Part shown: piece by piece, positions 14,705 through 15,199 of the stretch
Layout: every line of letters begins with the position of its first letter
How positions within the stretch are numbered: position 1 is the stretch's first letter
Source of the DNA: Candidatus Hermodarchaeota archaeon
GTDB taxonomy: Archaea; Asgardarchaeota; Lokiarchaeia; Sigyniarchaeales; SOKP01
Direction of reading: 5' to 3'
NCBI GenBank assembly: GCA_048885925.1
Contig: JBHLLG010000064.1
Location: 1 to 15,199 of the forward strand
DNA length: 15,199 bases
Program-made: the position numbers and the translations under genes
Notes under the pieces: generated by a model
What the model saw: only the letters and a program-made list of their open reading frames with translations
What the model was told of the DNA's origin: nothing
The model's database searches: none

Positions 14705-15199
14705 TTATGAGTCTATTTCATCAGGTTCTACTGAAACGTGAGATAACAACCAATCAAGTTGTTTTTCTTTTTTATTGATATTCAGAACTGTATCAAGAAT
14801 CATAACTTCATCCGCTTTTCCTGGCATAATGGTAAGCTTACCAGCTCTCAACATAAAAAATTCAAATACATCAGGAATCTCCTTTTTAAATCGTAAGCTT
14901 TTTACTGGAAATCTCTCAGCTGAGCTGAAAATTCCGGCTTTATGAATAATTTCATTCCTTTCAATTTTGTAATATTCGAATCTCGTACTAATCATTACGA
15001 TCCCTAATATTATAACTAAAATTATTGACATTAGCATGTAAAATTCCCATGGTAAACCTACACTTAGTTTTATTCCAGTAATATCTCCTGTGAAATTTGG
15101 TAAAACCAAAAAAACTACAACTAGGAGGATAATAACTATAGCTAATATTAGTACAAAGAATTTTGTTGAGGAAAAATCAAAAGCACTCACGAATATGTT
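14705..15199 (-). CDS. Membrane protein with C-terminal bacterial-type PH-like (bPH/YdbS-like) domain, 5'-truncated by the window edge
   Basis: Two TM helices followed by YYKIERNEIIHKAGIFSSAERFPV...IPDVFEFFMLRAGKLTI, resembling the bPH_2 pattern. The frame stays open past GTG 15190 to the edge (N-I-F-V), so the real start is probably outside the window. Confidence 0.72.
   Translation of the reverse strand, partial: NIFVSAFDFSSTKFFVLILAIVIILLVVVFLVLPNFTGDITGIKLSVGLPWEFYMLMSIILVIILGIVMISTRFEYYKIERNEIIHKAGIFSSAERFPVKSLRFKKEIPDVFEFFMLRAGKLTIMPGKADEVMILDTVLNINKKEKQLDWLLSHVSVEPDEIDS

Noticed and set aside
1-15199. CRISPR array, tRNA/rRNA, SECIS/selenoprotein, IS element or defence system
   Set aside because: I saw no regularly spaced repeats, GC-rich structured RNA, in-frame TGA within conserved domains, or transposase/integrase motifs. 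The possible REase-like fold lacks an evident catalytic ExK and has no partner methyltransferase.

Overview
Very AT-rich archaeal chromosomal DNA, most consistent with an Asgard archaeon (Lokiarchaeia/Promethearchaeota). This is inferred from a longin-like domain protein, a HEAT plus tandem winged-helix protein, BRE/TATA promoters, oligo-T terminators and GGTGA/GGAGG ribosome-binding sites. The left half holds two paralogous modules, each a divergent GbsR/MarR-like wHTH regulator (a tandem pair in module 2) facing an ABC-2 exporter (ATPase + permease). Both divergent intergenic regions carry a palindrome TTTCA-N7-TGAAA (5 copies) at conserved distances from the TATA boxes. Between the modules lie an unannotated 51-aa CxxC..CxxC zinc-ribbon ORF and a 434-aa protein joining a putative restriction-endonuclease-like fold to a C-terminal longin-like domain. 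The right half holds guaB (IMPDH), whose conserved N-terminus has no ATG/GTG/TTG and probably starts at ATT 7370, then purH and a small wHTH protein. It ends with a 912-aa HEAT + UFL1/DDRGK1/PCI-like winged-helix repeat protein, a HAD hydrolase and a 5'-truncated membrane protein with a bPH-like domain. No rRNA, tRNA, CRISPR array or mobile element was recognised.
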